From Myxococcota bacterium (lineage in GTDB: Bacteria; Myxococcota_A; UBA796; SXON01), in the NCBI GenBank assembly GCA_040386535.1, contig JAZKFH010000042.1, positions 32,001 to 96,000 of the forward strand: a stretch of DNA of 64,000 nucleotides, in the 5' to 3' direction. The notes below the pieces were generated by a model, which did not search any database, was not told the DNA's origin, and saw nothing but the letters and a program-made list of their open reading frames with translations. The translations under genes and the position numbers were made by a program. Shown here piece after piece: positions 43,462 through 55,488 of this stretch (within the stretch, counting starts at the first letter, position 1; each line of letters opens with the position of its first letter).

Positions 43462-45081
43462 ATGTACATCGGGATCCCGAGAGAGACCTTCCCCGGCGAG
43501 CGCCGCGTCGGGGCCACGCCCGAGTCGGCCGAGCGCCTCCGCAAGCTCGGCTTCACCGTCGTGCTCGAAGCGGGCGCCGGCGCGGCCGCCGGGCTCTCGG
43601 ACGAGAGCTACGCCGACGTCGAGGTGCTCCCCGACGCCGCCGCGCTCTGGGCCCGCGCCGACATCGTGCTCAAGGTGCGCCCCCCCACCCTCGACGACGT
43701 GGCGCGGATGCGCCCGGGCCACGTGGTCCTCTGCCTGTTCTGGCCCGCCCAGAACCCCGGCCTGCTCGAGGCCGTGGCGGCGCGCGGCGTGACCCTCCTC
43801 GCGATGGACCAGGTGCCGCGCATCACCCGCGCGCAGAAGCTCGACGTGTTGTCCTCGCAGGCCAACCTCGTCGGCTACCGGGCGGTCATCGAGGCCGCGA
43901 ACCACTTCGGGCGGTTCTTCACCGGGCAGGTGACCGCCGCCGGCAAGGTGGCCCCGGCCAAGGTGCTCATCATCGGCGCGGGCGTCGCCGGGCTCGCCGC
44001 CGTCGGCACGGCTCGCGCGCTCGGCGCCATCGTCCGCGCCTTCGACACCCGGCCCGCCGTGCGCGAGCAGGTGCAGAGCCTCGGGGCGGAGTTCCTCGAG
44101 GTGACCCTCGCGGAGGAGGGGGACGGCGGCGGCGGCTACGCCAGGGAGATGAGCCCCGCGTTCATCGCCGCGGAGATGGCGCTCTTCCTCGAACAGGCGC
44201 GCGAGGTCGACATCATCGTCACCACCGCGCTCATCCCCGGGAAGCGCGCGCCCACGCTGATCACGGAGGAGATGGTCGAGGCGATGCGGCCCGGCTCCGT
44301 CATCGTCGACCTCGCCGCCGAGCAGGGCGGCAACTGCGCCTTGACCCAGCCCGGGCAGGTCGTGGTGCACAACCGCGTGTCGATCGTCGGCTACACCGAC
44401 CTGCCGAGCCGCATGGCGGTGCAGGCGAGCCAGCTCTTCGGCACCAACCTCTGCCACCTGCTCGCGGACATGGGGGGCGCGGCGGCCTTCCGTGTCGACA
44501 TGGACGACGAGGTCGTGCGCGCCCTCACCGTGACCCACGAGGGCGCGGTCACGTGGCCCGCGCCGAAGCGGGAGGCGCCTCCGGTCGTCGCGGTCGCCGC
44601 GCCCGCAGCGGCCCCGAAGGTGGCGACGCCCGCCAACGCCGCCCCGCTCACGACTCCCTCCGGGCGCCCCAACAGCACACCCAAATCTGGCACCAAATCG
44701 GGGAGCCACGGCCACGGCCCGCCCCAGGGCGGCGGCGGCAGCCCGATCGGCCTCTTCATCGGCGGCGCCGCGCTCCTCGCCGTGGGCCTCGTCGCGCCGC
44801 CCGCCTTCCTCACGCACCTGATGGTCTTCGTCCTGGCCTGCTTCATCGGCTGGCAGGTGGTGTGGAACGTGACCCCCGCGCTGCACACCCCGCTCATGAG
44901 CGTCACCAACGCCATCAGCGGCATCATCCTGCTCGGCGGCATGGTCCAGCTCGGCACGGGCGGCACCTTCTCGGCCGCCTCCCTGCTCGGCGCGATCGCC
45001 ATCCTGCTCGCGACGATCAACGTCGCGGGCGGCTTCCTGGTCACCCAGCGCATGTTGCGCATGTTCGTGCGGGAGTCGTAG
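43462..45081 (+). CDS. pntA: NAD(P)+ transhydrogenase subunit alpha
   Basis: [43 protein letters not shown]. Confidence 0.96.
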   Translation: MYIGIPRETFPGERRVGATPESAERLRKLGFTVVLEAGAGAAAGLSDESYADVEVLPDAAALWARADIVLKVRPPTLDDVARMRPGHVVLCLFWPAQNPGLLEAVAARGVTLLAMDQVPRITRAQKLDVLSSQANLVGYRAVIEAANHFGRFFTGQVTAAGKVAPAKVLIIGAGVAGLAAVGTARALGAIVRAFDTRPAVREQVQSLGAEFLEVTLAEEGDGGGGYAREMSPAFIAAEMALFLEQAREVDIIVTTALIPGKRAPTLITEEMVEAMRPGSVIVDLAAEQGGNCALTQPGQVVVHNRVSIVGYTDLPSRMAVQASQLFGTNLCHLLADMGGAAAFRVDMDDEVVRALTVTHEGAVTWPAPKREAPPVVAVAAPAAAPKVATPANAAPLTTPSGRPNSTPKSGTKSGSHGHGPPQGGGGSPIGLFIGGAALLAVGLVAPPAFLTHLMVFVLACFIGWQVVWNVTPALHTPLMSVTNAISGIILLGGMVQLGTGGTFSAASLLGAIAILLATINVAGGFLVTQRMLRMFVRES

Positions 45082-45084
45082 TCC

Positions 45085-46518
<1,434 letters not shown>

Positions 46519-46527
<9 letters not shown>

Positions 46528-46567
46528 GGTCGGAGGCGTAGGGTCGCAGGCGTAGGATCGGAGGCGT
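46519..46567 (+). repeat. 14-bp tandem repeat (GAGGCGTAGGGTCG x3.5)
   Basis: gaggcgtagggtcg-gaggcgtagggtcg-caggcgtaggatcg-gaggcgt, spanning the pntB stop. Confidence 0.8.
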
Positions 46568-46572
46568 GAGGT

Positions 46573-46578
46573 TACCCT
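46573..46578 (+). promoter_or_regulatory. -10 box (TACCCT) of a probable leaderless promoter
   Basis: 6 nt upstream of GTG 46585. Confidence 0.5.
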
Positions 46579-46584
46579 CTCCGG

Positions 46585-48579
46585 GTGACACTCACGACGC
46601 CCGCTCGCCGATACGACCGCCTGTTCGTGGGCGCCCTCCCCCTCCTCCTGCTGGCCGGGGGCCTCGGCGCCTGGGCCTGGTGGGACGCGCGTGAGGCCGA
46701 CGCCCTCGCCACCGCCGAGGCCACGGCGCGGGAGGAGGTCGATCCCGTCAAGGCCCGCATGGACGCGGCCGCCGCCACGCCGCCCGACATCGACACGACG
46801 ATCCGCGTCGTGCACGAGATCGATCGCGCGCTCGCCGATCACCACTCGATGCGCGCGTACCTCGCCTCAGCGGCGGCCCAGGACTACCGCGGCGTGGCTC
46901 CCGACGTGTTGCAGGCCCGCCAGAAGATCCTCGACGTGTTGTTCCGCCTCTACGCGCTCCAGACCCAGGCGGACGAGAAGGACGAGCTGTACGCGGTCTC
47001 AGCCGAGTACCTGCTCAAGACGATGTCGCTGGTCGAGCTCCAGGGCGGGCTCTCTCCCGCCACGTCGGTGAAGGTCGACAAGGAGCAGGCGCAGAAGCTC
47101 CTGGAGCAGCTCCGCGAGGAGAAGGCCGAACACGCCCGCGTCGCCAACGCCCTGCGTGGGGAGGAGGCCGCGCTCTACGAGGCGGTCGCCACCTACGCCG
47201 AGACGTTGCGCCCGCACCTCGAGGCCTGGGACAAGTTGTGCCTGCTGAGGGACCGCGCCCGCCTCGCCGCCCGCAACGGCGACTGGCCGGCCGCGCGCGC
47301 CGCCGCCGAGGCCGCGATCGCCATGTCCCCGAGCGAGCAGGAGGCGCATCTGCTCGCGGCGCAGGCCATCCTGGCCGGCGGCACCGACGAGGACCTCCCC
47401 CGCGCCGAGGCGCTCCTCCAGGAGGTCCTGGACAAACACCCCGACGAGAGCGCGCCCGCCCTCCTGCTGCTCGGCGTGCTCGAGCGCCGCCGGGGCGACG
47501 AGGCCAAGGCGACCCTGGCGTTCCAACAGTCGGCCGCGATGTATCCCAAGCAGGCCGCGCGCCTGTCCGACATGTTGGATCCGTACAAGCAGCGCGCGTT
47601 CCTCGACCAGTCCCGTGAAGGGAGCTGGATCCTGGAGAGTTACCGTTCCACGATGGTGGGCGCCGGCTATTACAGCCCCGACTTGCAGCTCGCGAAGGGG
47701 CTCTTCGACAGTGGCAACTTCGAGTCGGGCAAGCAGCACGTGCTGGAGCACTTCGGTCGGCGGCGCGCCCAGGCCCAGTGGGATTTTCTGCTCTCCGACA
47801 TCCAATTCTGCGTGGAGCTCCTGGGCGAGGACTGGCGCGCCATCTTCCCTGAAGACGCCTGGCTCGATCTCGTGGTCGACGCAGAGATGCTCGGGGATGG
47901 CATCACCCTCGCCATCGACAACCGGAGCGGGCGCACGCTCCGCAATGCCACGCTGGTCCTCGCGATCCAATACACGGACATGTTGCCCGGCCAATACAGC
48001 GCCGTCGCGGCGGAGCGCACCCTCCCCGCCGTGCTCTCGCGCGAGTCGACCGATTTCGGCCGCCTCGACATCGACACCGAGTGGCTCGGCAAGCCGAAGA
48101 CCCGCGCCGACGTGGTGCAGCACCGCGCGGTCTTGCTCTCGGACGACGCGGTGGTCTGGGTCGACACCGACGCGTTCAAGATGGCCGAGGCCAAGGCGTT
48201 CCGCGAGGCCGGGCGCGCGCCTACCAACCCGGGCATGGCAACCCGCATGGACACCCTCGCGCGGGACGCCGGGCGCGCGGCCTCCGTGGCCGCAGTGACG
48301 CGCCTCGGAGACGACGGCGTGGTGCTCAAGCTGCCGCGCGGGCTCTCGATCCTCGCGCCCGTGTTCACGCTCGACTACGCGGGCCGCACCATCACCGCGA
48401 CGAAGAACGTCATCGAGAACGACGAGATCGTCCTCGACTTCCGCGGGCTCGCCAACTTCGAGGCGGCGGACGCCTCCATGGGCGATCTGGTGCTGACCGT
48501 CGGCAGCGTGTTCGGCGAACGAAAGCTGCGATGGTCGCCGGCGGGCGGGATGGCGTGGCGGTTCGTCGGGGTCGAGTAG
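46585..48579 (+). CDS. Membrane-anchored TPR/coiled-coil hypothetical protein
   Basis: N-terminal TM; helical TPR-like middle; beta-rich C-terminus. Confidence 0.75.
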   Translation: MTLTTPARRYDRLFVGALPLLLLAGGLGAWAWWDAREADALATAEATAREEVDPVKARMDAAAATPPDIDTTIRVVHEIDRALADHHSMRAYLASAAAQDYRGVAPDVLQARQKILDVLFRLYALQTQADEKDELYAVSAEYLLKTMSLVELQGGLSPATSVKVDKEQAQKLLEQLREEKAEHARVANALRGEEAALYEAVATYAETLRPHLEAWDKLCLLRDRARLAARNGDWPAARAAAEAAIAMSPSEQEAHLLAAQAILAGGTDEDLPRAEALLQEVLDKHPDESAPALLLLGVLERRRGDEAKATLAFQQSAAMYPKQAARLSDMLDPYKQRAFLDQSREGSWILESYRSTMVGAGYYSPDLQLAKGLFDSGNFESGKQHVLEHFGRRRAQAQWDFLLSDIQFCVELLGEDWRAIFPEDAWLDLVVDAEMLGDGITLAIDNRSGRTLRNATLVLAIQYTDMLPGQYSAVAAERTLPAVLSRESTDFGRLDIDTEWLGKPKTRADVVQHRAVLLSDDAVVWVDTDAFKMAEAKAFREAGRAPTNPGMATRMDTLARDAGRAASVAAVTRLGDDGVVLKLPRGLSILAPVFTLDYAGRTITATKNVIENDEIVLDFRGLANFEAADASMGDLVLTVGSVFGERKLRWSPAGGMAWRFVGVE

Positions 48580-48632
48580 GCGCGGGGTGGAGTAGGCACG
48601 GGGTCGACCAGGCGCGTCGCGGCGCCGGTCGG

Positions 48633-50414
48633 TCACTTCCTGGCCGTCTCGAGGAGCTGCCCGCACGTGACCGCGTCCTCGCCGGTGAGCTTCGGACACA
48701 CCTCCCCGAGCACGCGCGCCGCGTCCACCTTCCGGTCGGCCCGGACGAGCTCCTGCCCCACCCACGCGAGGAACTTGGGCTCCAGGCCGGGCTTCCCCAC
48801 GAGCGCCACGGCCTCGGCGTGCTGGCCGAGGGCGAGGTGGCTCGTGATCGCCACCCGGCGCATCGCGGCGTCCATCGTCGGCTCCGCCGTCGGGTAGAGC
48901 TTGATCAGGGAGAGCGCGTCCGTGTGGCGCTTCGCGTGCTGGAGGAGGAGGGCGTGGTCGTGCACACGGTCGCGCGGCGCGGTGTCGCCGAGGGGCCCCA
49001 GCAGCGCGAACGCCGCGTCCACGTCCTTCGAGAGCACGGCGCACACATAGGCGTTCTCGGCGGCACGTTTCTGCGTCGGATCCGCCGCGGCCACGGCGGC
49101 GAGGTCCACGCGGCAGCCCACCCAGTCCTTCCCGTTGTTCTCGGCGAGGCCGAGGTTCTGGCGGTCGACGAGGGTGCCCTGGGCGCGCACGTACGCCACC
49201 ACCGCCGCGTTCAGGCCCGTCGGGTCGCCAACGGCCCGGTGCGCGAGCCGGGCAGCGAGCAGTGGCTCGGCCGGAAACCGTGTCATGGCCGCCTGGAGCA
49301 GGCTCCACCCCTCGGCGGCGTGCCCCTGCGCGGTCACCAGCTCCGCCTCGGCGAGCACGATCTCGACCACCTCCCCGTAGCGGGCCCGCGCCTTCGCCAG
49401 GGACGCGGCCGCCTCCGTCGTCCGGGTGCGGCGAACCTGCACGTCGATCAACAGGACCGCCGCCTGGCGCTGGATCGCCTGGAGACGCACCTCCTGGCTC
49501 TTGAGCGTGATGCCGCTGATGGCGCCGCTGACGTGGAGATCCACCCACGTGTCGCTCGCCACGACCTCGGTGATGGCTCGCTCGGCGTCTTCCAGCCGGC
49601 CCTCGTTCACGAGGCACTGCGCGCGGTTCACCCGCACCCCCACGTCCTTCGGGAGGGCCACCATCGCCGCGTCGAGCACCGGGAGCGCCTCGGCGCACTT
49701 TCCGGCCTCGAGCAGCAGGCCGCCACGCTCGGCCAGCGCGAAGCCCGAGAGCCCAAGCGCCTCGGCGTTGTCGTACAGGGCCGCGTTGTCGTTCGTGTGG
49801 ACGGCCATCAACGAGCGCGCGTTCGTACGGAGGGAGACCTCCGCCGTGTCGTCACACGCGAGCAGGCGGGAGCGCGCGGCGGGGATGTCCGTCGCTTCGA
49901 GCAGGATGCCCACGTCGAGACAGGCGCGGTCTGGCGCGGACAAGGTGGTCCGGGCGACACGCGCGCGCGCCTCGACCAGGTCCCCGAGACGCAGGCTGGA
50001 CAACACCGCCACGGACGCGGTCCCGGGATGCCCCGGGTTCAGGTCCAGGCCGCGCCCGCTGGCCTGTGACGCGACCACGAAGTCCTGCGCGCCGAAGGCC
50101 GCCTCGGCGAGCGCCACGTGCGCCATCCACTGCTCCGGAAACAGCTCCGTCGCGTGCCCGAGCACCTCGATGGCCTCGACCGCGTGGTTCTGGCGGCTCC
50201 GGGCCTGCCCGAGCAGCACGAGCGCCATGCCGCAGTCCGGCGCCTTCGCGACGACACGGGTGAGGATCTCCTCGGCCCTGGCCGGGTTGCCCTCGTTGAG
50301 CGCGGCCACGGCACGGTTGAATTCCTCGTGCAGCGCGGTGGGGGGCTCCCACGCGGCGACCGGAGCCTTCGCGAGCGCGGCTCCGATCCAGAGGGCCATC
50401 GTCAGGATGCACAT
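48633..50414 (-). CDS. Exported tetratricopeptide repeat protein
   Basis: Signal ..ALWIGAALA; repeated TPR-like helical pairs; start at 50414 or a nearby downstream ATG. Confidence 0.75.
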   Translation of the reverse strand: MCILTMALWIGAALAKAPVAAWEPPTALHEEFNRAVAALNEGNPARAEEILTRVVAKAPDCGMALVLLGQARSRQNHAVEAIEVLGHATELFPEQWMAHVALAEAAFGAQDFVVASQASGRGLDLNPGHPGTASVAVLSSLRLGDLVEARARVARTTLSAPDRACLDVGILLEATDIPAARSRLLACDDTAEVSLRTNARSLMAVHTNDNAALYDNAEALGLSGFALAERGGLLLEAGKCAEALPVLDAAMVALPKDVGVRVNRAQCLVNEGRLEDAERAITEVVASDTWVDLHVSGAISGITLKSQEVRLQAIQRQAAVLLIDVQVRRTRTTEAAASLAKARARYGEVVEIVLAEAELVTAQGHAAEGWSLLQAAMTRFPAEPLLAARLAHRAVGDPTGLNAAVVAYVRAQGTLVDRQNLGLAENNGKDWVGCRVDLAAVAAADPTQKRAAENAYVCAVLSKDVDAAFALLGPLGDTAPRDRVHDHALLLQHAKRHTDALSLIKLYPTAEPTMDAAMRRVAITSHLALGQHAEAVALVGKPGLEPKFLAWVGQELVRADRKVDAARVLGEVCPKLTGEDAVTCGQLLETARK

Positions 50415-50452
50415 GCGCGCGATGTACCACACCGGTGGCGGGAGATGGTGGC

Positions 50453-50458
50453 TACCTT
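50453..50458 (+). promoter_or_regulatory. -10 box (TACCTT) of a probable leaderless promoter
   Basis: 6 nt upstream of ATG 50465. Confidence 0.55.
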
Positions 50459-50464
50459 GTGAGC

Positions 50465-51337
50465 ATGGCGCGGATCGCGGACCGGCTACCCGACAACGCC
50501 CCCGGCGACGTGTATGTCGATCGCACCTGCATCGACTGCGGCACCTGCCGACACGTCGCGCCGACTGTGTTCGCGGAGGGCCCCGACCACTCCTTCGTGT
50601 ACGCCCAGCCGGAGGACGAGGCATCGAGCCTGCGCGCCCGCATGGCGATGGTGGCGTGTCCCACGAGCTCGATCGGCAGCGTCTCCCGCGCCGACCTGCG
50701 CCCGGCCGTGGCCGCGTTCCCCGAAGAGGTGCTGCCCGGCGTGTACTACTGCGGCTTCGCCTCGCCCGACAGCTACGGTGCGTCGGCGTGGCTGATCCGC
50801 CGTCCGGACGGAAACGTGCTCGTCGACTCGCCTCGGGCGGCCGCGCCGCTGCTCCGCCGCGTCGAGGCGCTCGGCGGGGTCCGGTGGATGGTCCTGACCC
50901 ACCGCGACGACGTGGCCGACCATGTCCTCTGGGCCCGCCACTTCGGCGCCGAGCGCATCCTGCACGCCGCGGACCGAACGCCGGGCACCGCCGACGTGGA
51001 GCGCTTCGTGGAGGGCCTCGCGCCCGTGCCGCTGGCGCCCGATCTCACGTTGATCCCGCTCCCTGGCCACACGCGGGGCAGCATGGGCCTCTTGTACCGG
51101 GACGACGTGCTCTTCTCCGGCGATCACCTCTGGGCGGAGTCCCCGGGGAGCCCTGATTTGGACGCGAGTCGCCGGGTGTGTTGGTACGACTGGGCGACCC
51201 AGATCCGCTCCATGGAGACGCTGCTCGCCCCCCGGTTCGCCCACGTGTTGCCGGGGCACGGCGCGCCCTGGCACGGCGGCGCGGCGGCGAAAGACGCGGC
51301 GCTCGTCGCGCTGCTCGGGCGGATGCGGGCGGCGTAG
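50465..51337 (+). CDS. Ferredoxin-domain MBL-fold metallo-hydrolase
   Basis: CIDCGTC...CP Fe-S motif; LTHRDDVADH, PGHTRG, SGDH, PGHG. Confidence 0.9.
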   Translation: MARIADRLPDNAPGDVYVDRTCIDCGTCRHVAPTVFAEGPDHSFVYAQPEDEASSLRARMAMVACPTSSIGSVSRADLRPAVAAFPEEVLPGVYYCGFASPDSYGASAWLIRRPDGNVLVDSPRAAAPLLRRVEALGGVRWMVLTHRDDVADHVLWARHFGAERILHAADRTPGTADVERFVEGLAPVPLAPDLTLIPLPGHTRGSMGLLYRDDVLFSGDHLWAESPGSPDLDASRRVCWYDWATQIRSMETLLAPRFAHVLPGHGAPWHGGAAAKDAALVALLGRMRAA

Positions 51338-51500
51338 GCGGGGGACCGTGATCAACGGAATGCGCGCGCATCGACGCGCCCATGGCAGCACGCGCGCGCG
51401 GCCCGCGGCGTCGCGCCGGACCGGTGAACTCCAGCCGACGGGCTTTCGATTCAATCGTTGGTACCTACGTTCCTGGCATCGAACCACACGAGCGCGGGCC

Positions 51501-51516
51501 TGGCATGCCGGTTGCT
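51501..51516 (+). promoter_or_regulatory. Sigma54 (-24/-12) promoter
   Basis: TGGCAT-N5-TTGCT with exact GG-N10-GC spacing, about 20 nt upstream of ATG 51536. Confidence 0.7.
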
Positions 51517-51535
51517 CTCTCGTGCGGCGAACCCG

Positions 51536-52432
51536 ATGTCGAGGACCAGGCCCATGTACGCTCGCGCCGCCCGCTCCCCCCTCCCTGCCCGCCCCGCGCC
51601 GCTGTCCGCGGCCCTCGTGCGCCGGCCTCCCCAGTCGCTCCTGCTCGTCGGCATCGACACCCGTCCGACGGAGGTCGAGGTCGCCCTCACGTCCCTCGAC
51701 ACCATCGCCACACGTCTTCGCATGGCCGGCGATGCCCGCGCCGTCTTTCCCGAGGTGTACGCGGTCATCACCCGCAACGTCGCGGCCGTGATCCGCGCGG
51801 GGGGCGTGTTCCTCGAGCCGGCGTGGATCGCGCGGCTCGCCGGCCGCTTCGCCGAGCGGTACTTCGAGGCGCTCATCCCGTCCCTCACCGGGGCCCCCGT
51901 CGCGAGCACCGCGTGGCGGGTGGCGTTCGACGCCGGGCGGGCCGACGCCCGGATCCCGGTCCGTGACGCGCTCCTCGGCATCAACGCGCACATCAACTAC
52001 GACCTCGCGCAGGGCATCGCCGACAACATCCGCGCCGCGGGCCACGCGGACGACGCGCGCATGCTCGCCCGCTACCGCCACGATCACGACGCCGTCAACA
52101 CGATCCTCCGCGCGTCCGCGCCCGCGATCTACGACCTCCTCCTCACCCGGTACGCCTGCCCGCTGACCTGGGCCGCCACCCGCAGCCGCCATGTCAACGC
52201 GGCCGTCACGCACGGCGCGCTCCGGGTGCTCGGTGGCTGGCGCTCGGATGTGTGGGCGGACATGCTCGTCCTGCTTCGTGCGCCGGACGCGCGCGCCCAA
52301 GGGGTCGGGCTCCGCGCCATGGACCGTCGCTCCGGCCGCTTCGCCCGCGCCTTCGCCGCGTCCAATCCGGCGTGGATCCGCCGGGCCGCGCGCAACCTGG
52401 TCTACGAGGCCTCGGCCTTGTCGTTCGGGTAG
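51536..52432 (+). CDS. DUF5995-like protein
   Basis: F..VY..IT, FAERYF, AWRVAF, LLGINAHINYDL motifs. Confidence 0.72.
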   Translation: MSRTRPMYARAARSPLPARPAPLSAALVRRPPQSLLLVGIDTRPTEVEVALTSLDTIATRLRMAGDARAVFPEVYAVITRNVAAVIRAGGVFLEPAWIARLAGRFAERYFEALIPSLTGAPVASTAWRVAFDAGRADARIPVRDALLGINAHINYDLAQGIADNIRAAGHADDARMLARYRHDHDAVNTILRASAPAIYDLLLTRYACPLTWAATRSRHVNAAVTHGALRVLGGWRSDVWADMLVLLRAPDARAQGVGLRAMDRRSGRFARAFAASNPAWIRRAARNLVYEASALSFG

Positions 52433-53406
52433 AACTGCCGGGCCCACTGGCGATACCGCCCGACCGGACCATCCCCCTTCGCGAGCGCGGGGGGGTTCAC
52501 GTACCGCTTGTTCTCCCAGATCGCGAGGTCCTGGTGAACGTCGTTGCGGAAGGCGCGCCAGGTCGCCAGGCTGACGATCGCCCGCAACAACGCGCTGGGG
52601 ATCAGGGCCAGGAGCGGGGTGAACTTTCGCATGCCGGCGATCCGCACCGTGGTGGCGATGCGCATCTCGACGCGATCGCCGTCGAGCGGCGTCGGCAGCA
52701 CGTAGTGCCGGGTCTCGAGCCCGAGCTCGGGCACGCGCGCCTCGACGAACGACCAGCCGAGCCCGTGCACATGCACCTCGTACTCGGCGCGGAAGCGCCG
52801 CCCGGTGCCGCCGGCGCCCCGGGACATCGCGTACCGCGCGTTGAGGTACGGCCCGTCGGACACCATCTCCTTGAGCGTCTCGAAGTTCGTGTAGCGGTGA
52901 ACGGCGGCGAAGTGCCCGACGTCCACGCTGTTCTCGGTGGTCTCCTGCGGGTGGGTGCGGATGGTGCGCACCTCGGAGCGGGGCGCCGACCACTCGGCCG
53001 AGGGCGCGATGTCGGGCACCTCGAAGGTGGGGGGCCCGGCCGCCGCGTCGAACCACGCCAGGACGTACCCGTTCTTCTCGCGGATCGCCCACTGCCGCAG
53101 CCGCGCGGCGCCCGGCGGCGGGTGCCCGTACGGCGTCGCGACACAAACACCGCCCGTGTCGAAACGGAAGTCGTGGAAGGGGCACCGGAGGGTCTCTCCC
53201 TCGACCGTGCCGCCGTGCCCGAAGTGCGCGCCCAGGTGCGGGCAGTACGCGTCCGCGACGCAGGCGACACCGGCGCGGGTCCGGTAGACCACCACCTCCT
53301 GGCCCATGAAGGTGCGCGCCACGAGCGAGCCTGGGGCAAGCTGGGTACTGTCCGCCACCACGTACCAACCGGTGGGGAACGGGGAGAAGGGGAAACGATA
53401 TGCCAA
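52402..53406 (-). CDS. Rieske non-heme iron oxygenase (KshA/sterol desaturase-like)
   Basis: PTGWY, CPHLGAH..CPFH Rieske ligands; ENSVDVGHFAAVH and QDLAIWENK mononuclear Fe motifs; TTG start inferred. Confidence 0.85.
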   Translation of the reverse strand: MAYRFPFSPFPTGWYVVADSTQLAPGSLVARTFMGQEVVVYRTRAGVACVADAYCPHLGAHFGHGGTVEGETLRCPFHDFRFDTGGVCVATPYGHPPPGAARLRQWAIREKNGYVLAWFDAAAGPPTFEVPDIAPSAEWSAPRSEVRTIRTHPQETTENSVDVGHFAAVHRYTNFETLKEMVSDGPYLNARYAMSRGAGGTGRRFRAEYEVHVHGLGWSFVEARVPELGLETRHYVLPTPLDGDRVEMRIATTVRIAGMRKFTPLLALIPSALLRAIVSLATWRAFRNDVHQDLAIWENKRYVNPPALAKGDGPVGRYRQWARQFYPNDKAEAS

Positions 53407-55273
53407 CCGGTCACCCGAGCCGGCTGCGCGTAACCCGCGCCTGCGCCGTTCACCGCCGCCGCGCCCCCAACGGGCCCGCGGTCTTGTACCGTCACGCCTC
53501 CCCTCCTCCCGGTGTCGCCTGACCGAGGTCCCCGTCGCGCCTCCGTCGCCTCCGGGCGCCCCGACCGAGGGCGCCGCGTCCGTCCGCACGGTCGCCGCGC
53601 CGGATCGCCCCGCTCCCTTCGACCGGAGCCGCCTCCTCGATCCGCTGGGCGCGCTCGCCGCCGCGACCGCCGGGCTCCTGGTGTGGGCCACCGACCGGGG
53701 CGCCGACTCCGCGCTCCGCCCCGTGGACGCCCCGGCCTGGGCCCGCTTTCGCGACCACCTGCTCGAGGGGCCGGACGCGGGCGCGTGGGCGTCGAACGCC
53801 GCCGCTCTCTGGCTCGGGCGCACCGAGGACCTCGATCCGCACCGCCTGCCCATCCTGCCCCGACTCACCGCGCTGGTGCTCGAGCTGCTCCCCGACCCCG
53901 CGCTGGCCGGGCACCTCGTGAACCACCTGCTCCACGTGGCCCTCGGCCCCGTCGTGTACCTGCTCGGGCGCCACTGGATGGGGCGTGGCATGGCGTTCGG
54001 CGCCGCCATCAGCGCGGTCTGCTACCCGCCGGCGATCATGGCCGCGGAGCGCTACGGCGTCGATCCGCTCGTCGCCGTGGCCCTCCCGGCGGCCCTGCTC
54101 GCGGCCGAGGGCGCGGCGCGGCGCTGGTGGCTCGCGGCGCTGTTCGGCATCGTGGTGGGCCTCGCCTCGGCCACCCACCTCACGACCATCGGGATCGGCG
54201 TCCCCGCGCTGCTGCTCGCGTTGTTCCGCGGCGCGCCGGGCTTCCGCCGCTGGCTCGGCGCCGCGGGCCTCGCGGCCGGCACGCTCGTCGGGGTCGGCCT
54301 CGCCTTCGTGGACTACCCCATCCTCCCCTGGGGCCTGCTGACCGGCAGCCTCGCGGAGGGCGTCGCCCCCGCCGCGCCGAACGGAAACACCGCGGTCCTC
54401 GCCGACTCCATGGCCCGCGCGGTGGCGATCGTCCGCGACGGCGGGCCCGCAGCCCTCGATCGCGCCATCGCGTTTCTCGCCGCCACGGCGCGCCCGTCCT
54501 GGCTCCCCTGGGCCGCCGCCTTGTGGCTCCCGTGGCTCGGCATCGTCGGCTGGGGGCTCTCCACGTTGCCCCGCCACCCGCCCCGCCCCGGCGCCCTCTC
54601 CCGCGTCTCCCAACGCAGGCTCGATCCCCTGCGTGGCCTCGGCGCCGGCGTACCGCTCGCCCTGGCGCTCGTCCCCATCCTGGCGTTCGCGGCGGCGGAG
54701 TCCCCCCTTCGCTACACCCACAACTACTACCCGCTCGGGGTCCTGCTCGTGTTCCGCGGCGGAGACGTGGTCGTGCGGCTCGTGGAGCAGGCGGTCGGGC
54801 GCTGGTTGCCCCGGGCGGCCCGTGGGGGGCTCGGCGTCCTGGTGGGCGCCGCCGCCGTCGCCGGGTTGTGGCAGGGCGACCGTGTCTTCGCGCCGCTCCG
54901 GCTCCCTCCGAGCGGTTTCGACGTGGCCGATTGGCGCCTCGGCGCGGTGATCGCGTCCCACTTCCCGCCGGGTGGGGGCGCGTCGTGCTTGCGACGCGAG
55001 GTCGTCGCCTACGCCGCACGCACGTTCTGTCCCCACACGCCCGGGTTCGAGTACACGCGCGCCGCCGAGCCGTTCCGCGCGCACCTCGACACCGAATGTC
55101 CCGGCGAGGGGCCCATCCCCTACGTCATCCTCAGCGGGGTGGAGGTGGGCGCCACGGACAGCCGCCGCCGGATGGACGCCTGGGTGCTCGCCAACGGGAC
55201 GCTCCTCGAGACCGTGACGGACGCGCGGTACGAGGCCGCCGTGTACGCGGTCGACCGTGTCACGGCCCCGTGA
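53306..55273 (+). CDS. Polytopic membrane protein, possibly GT-C-type glycosyltransferase (true start probably downstream of 53306)
   Basis: Many TM segments; GPDA.., HRLP..P, VYLLGR pattern typical of ArnT/PMT-like proteins. Confidence 0.55.
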   Translation: MKVRATSEPGASWVLSATTYQPVGNGEKGKRYANRSPEPAARNPRLRRSPPPRPQRARGLVPSRLPSSRCRLTEVPVAPPSPPGAPTEGAASVRTVAAPDRPAPFDRSRLLDPLGALAAATAGLLVWATDRGADSALRPVDAPAWARFRDHLLEGPDAGAWASNAAALWLGRTEDLDPHRLPILPRLTALVLELLPDPALAGHLVNHLLHVALGPVVYLLGRHWMGRGMAFGAAISAVCYPPAIMAAERYGVDPLVAVALPAALLAAEGAARRWWLAALFGIVVGLASATHLTTIGIGVPALLLALFRGAPGFRRWLGAAGLAAGTLVGVGLAFVDYPILPWGLLTGSLAEGVAPAAPNGNTAVLADSMARAVAIVRDGGPAALDRAIAFLAATARPSWLPWAAALWLPWLGIVGWGLSTLPRHPPRPGALSRVSQRRLDPLRGLGAGVPLALALVPILAFAAAESPLRYTHNYYPLGVLLVFRGGDVVVRLVEQAVGRWLPRAARGGLGVLVGAAAVAGLWQGDRVFAPLRLPPSGFDVADWRLGAVIASHFPPGGGASCLRREVVAYAARTFCPHTPGFEYTRAAEPFRAHLDTECPGEGPIPYVILSGVEVGATDSRRRMDAWVLANGTLLETVTDARYEAAVYAVDRVTAP

Positions 55274-55488
55274 CAACCGCGGACGTCGGTAGCCCCGACG
55301 CGCCGTCAGAAGGAGGCGCGCCACCCCGATCCACGCCACCAGAGCAGCGTTTCGAGGCCCGTCCGGCGCGCCGCGCGTCCTGACAAACCCCGTTGAACGC
55401 AGGCTCTGGCATGTGCATCTCCAATCGTCACGGAAGCCGACACAAAAAAGACAGGCCGTCCGGCCATCGTGTGCGATCGTTCCCTCCC

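Noticed and set aside
44640..44740. Short duplication (CCAAATC x2) in the pntA linker
   Set aside because: In-frame variation in a naturally variable linker
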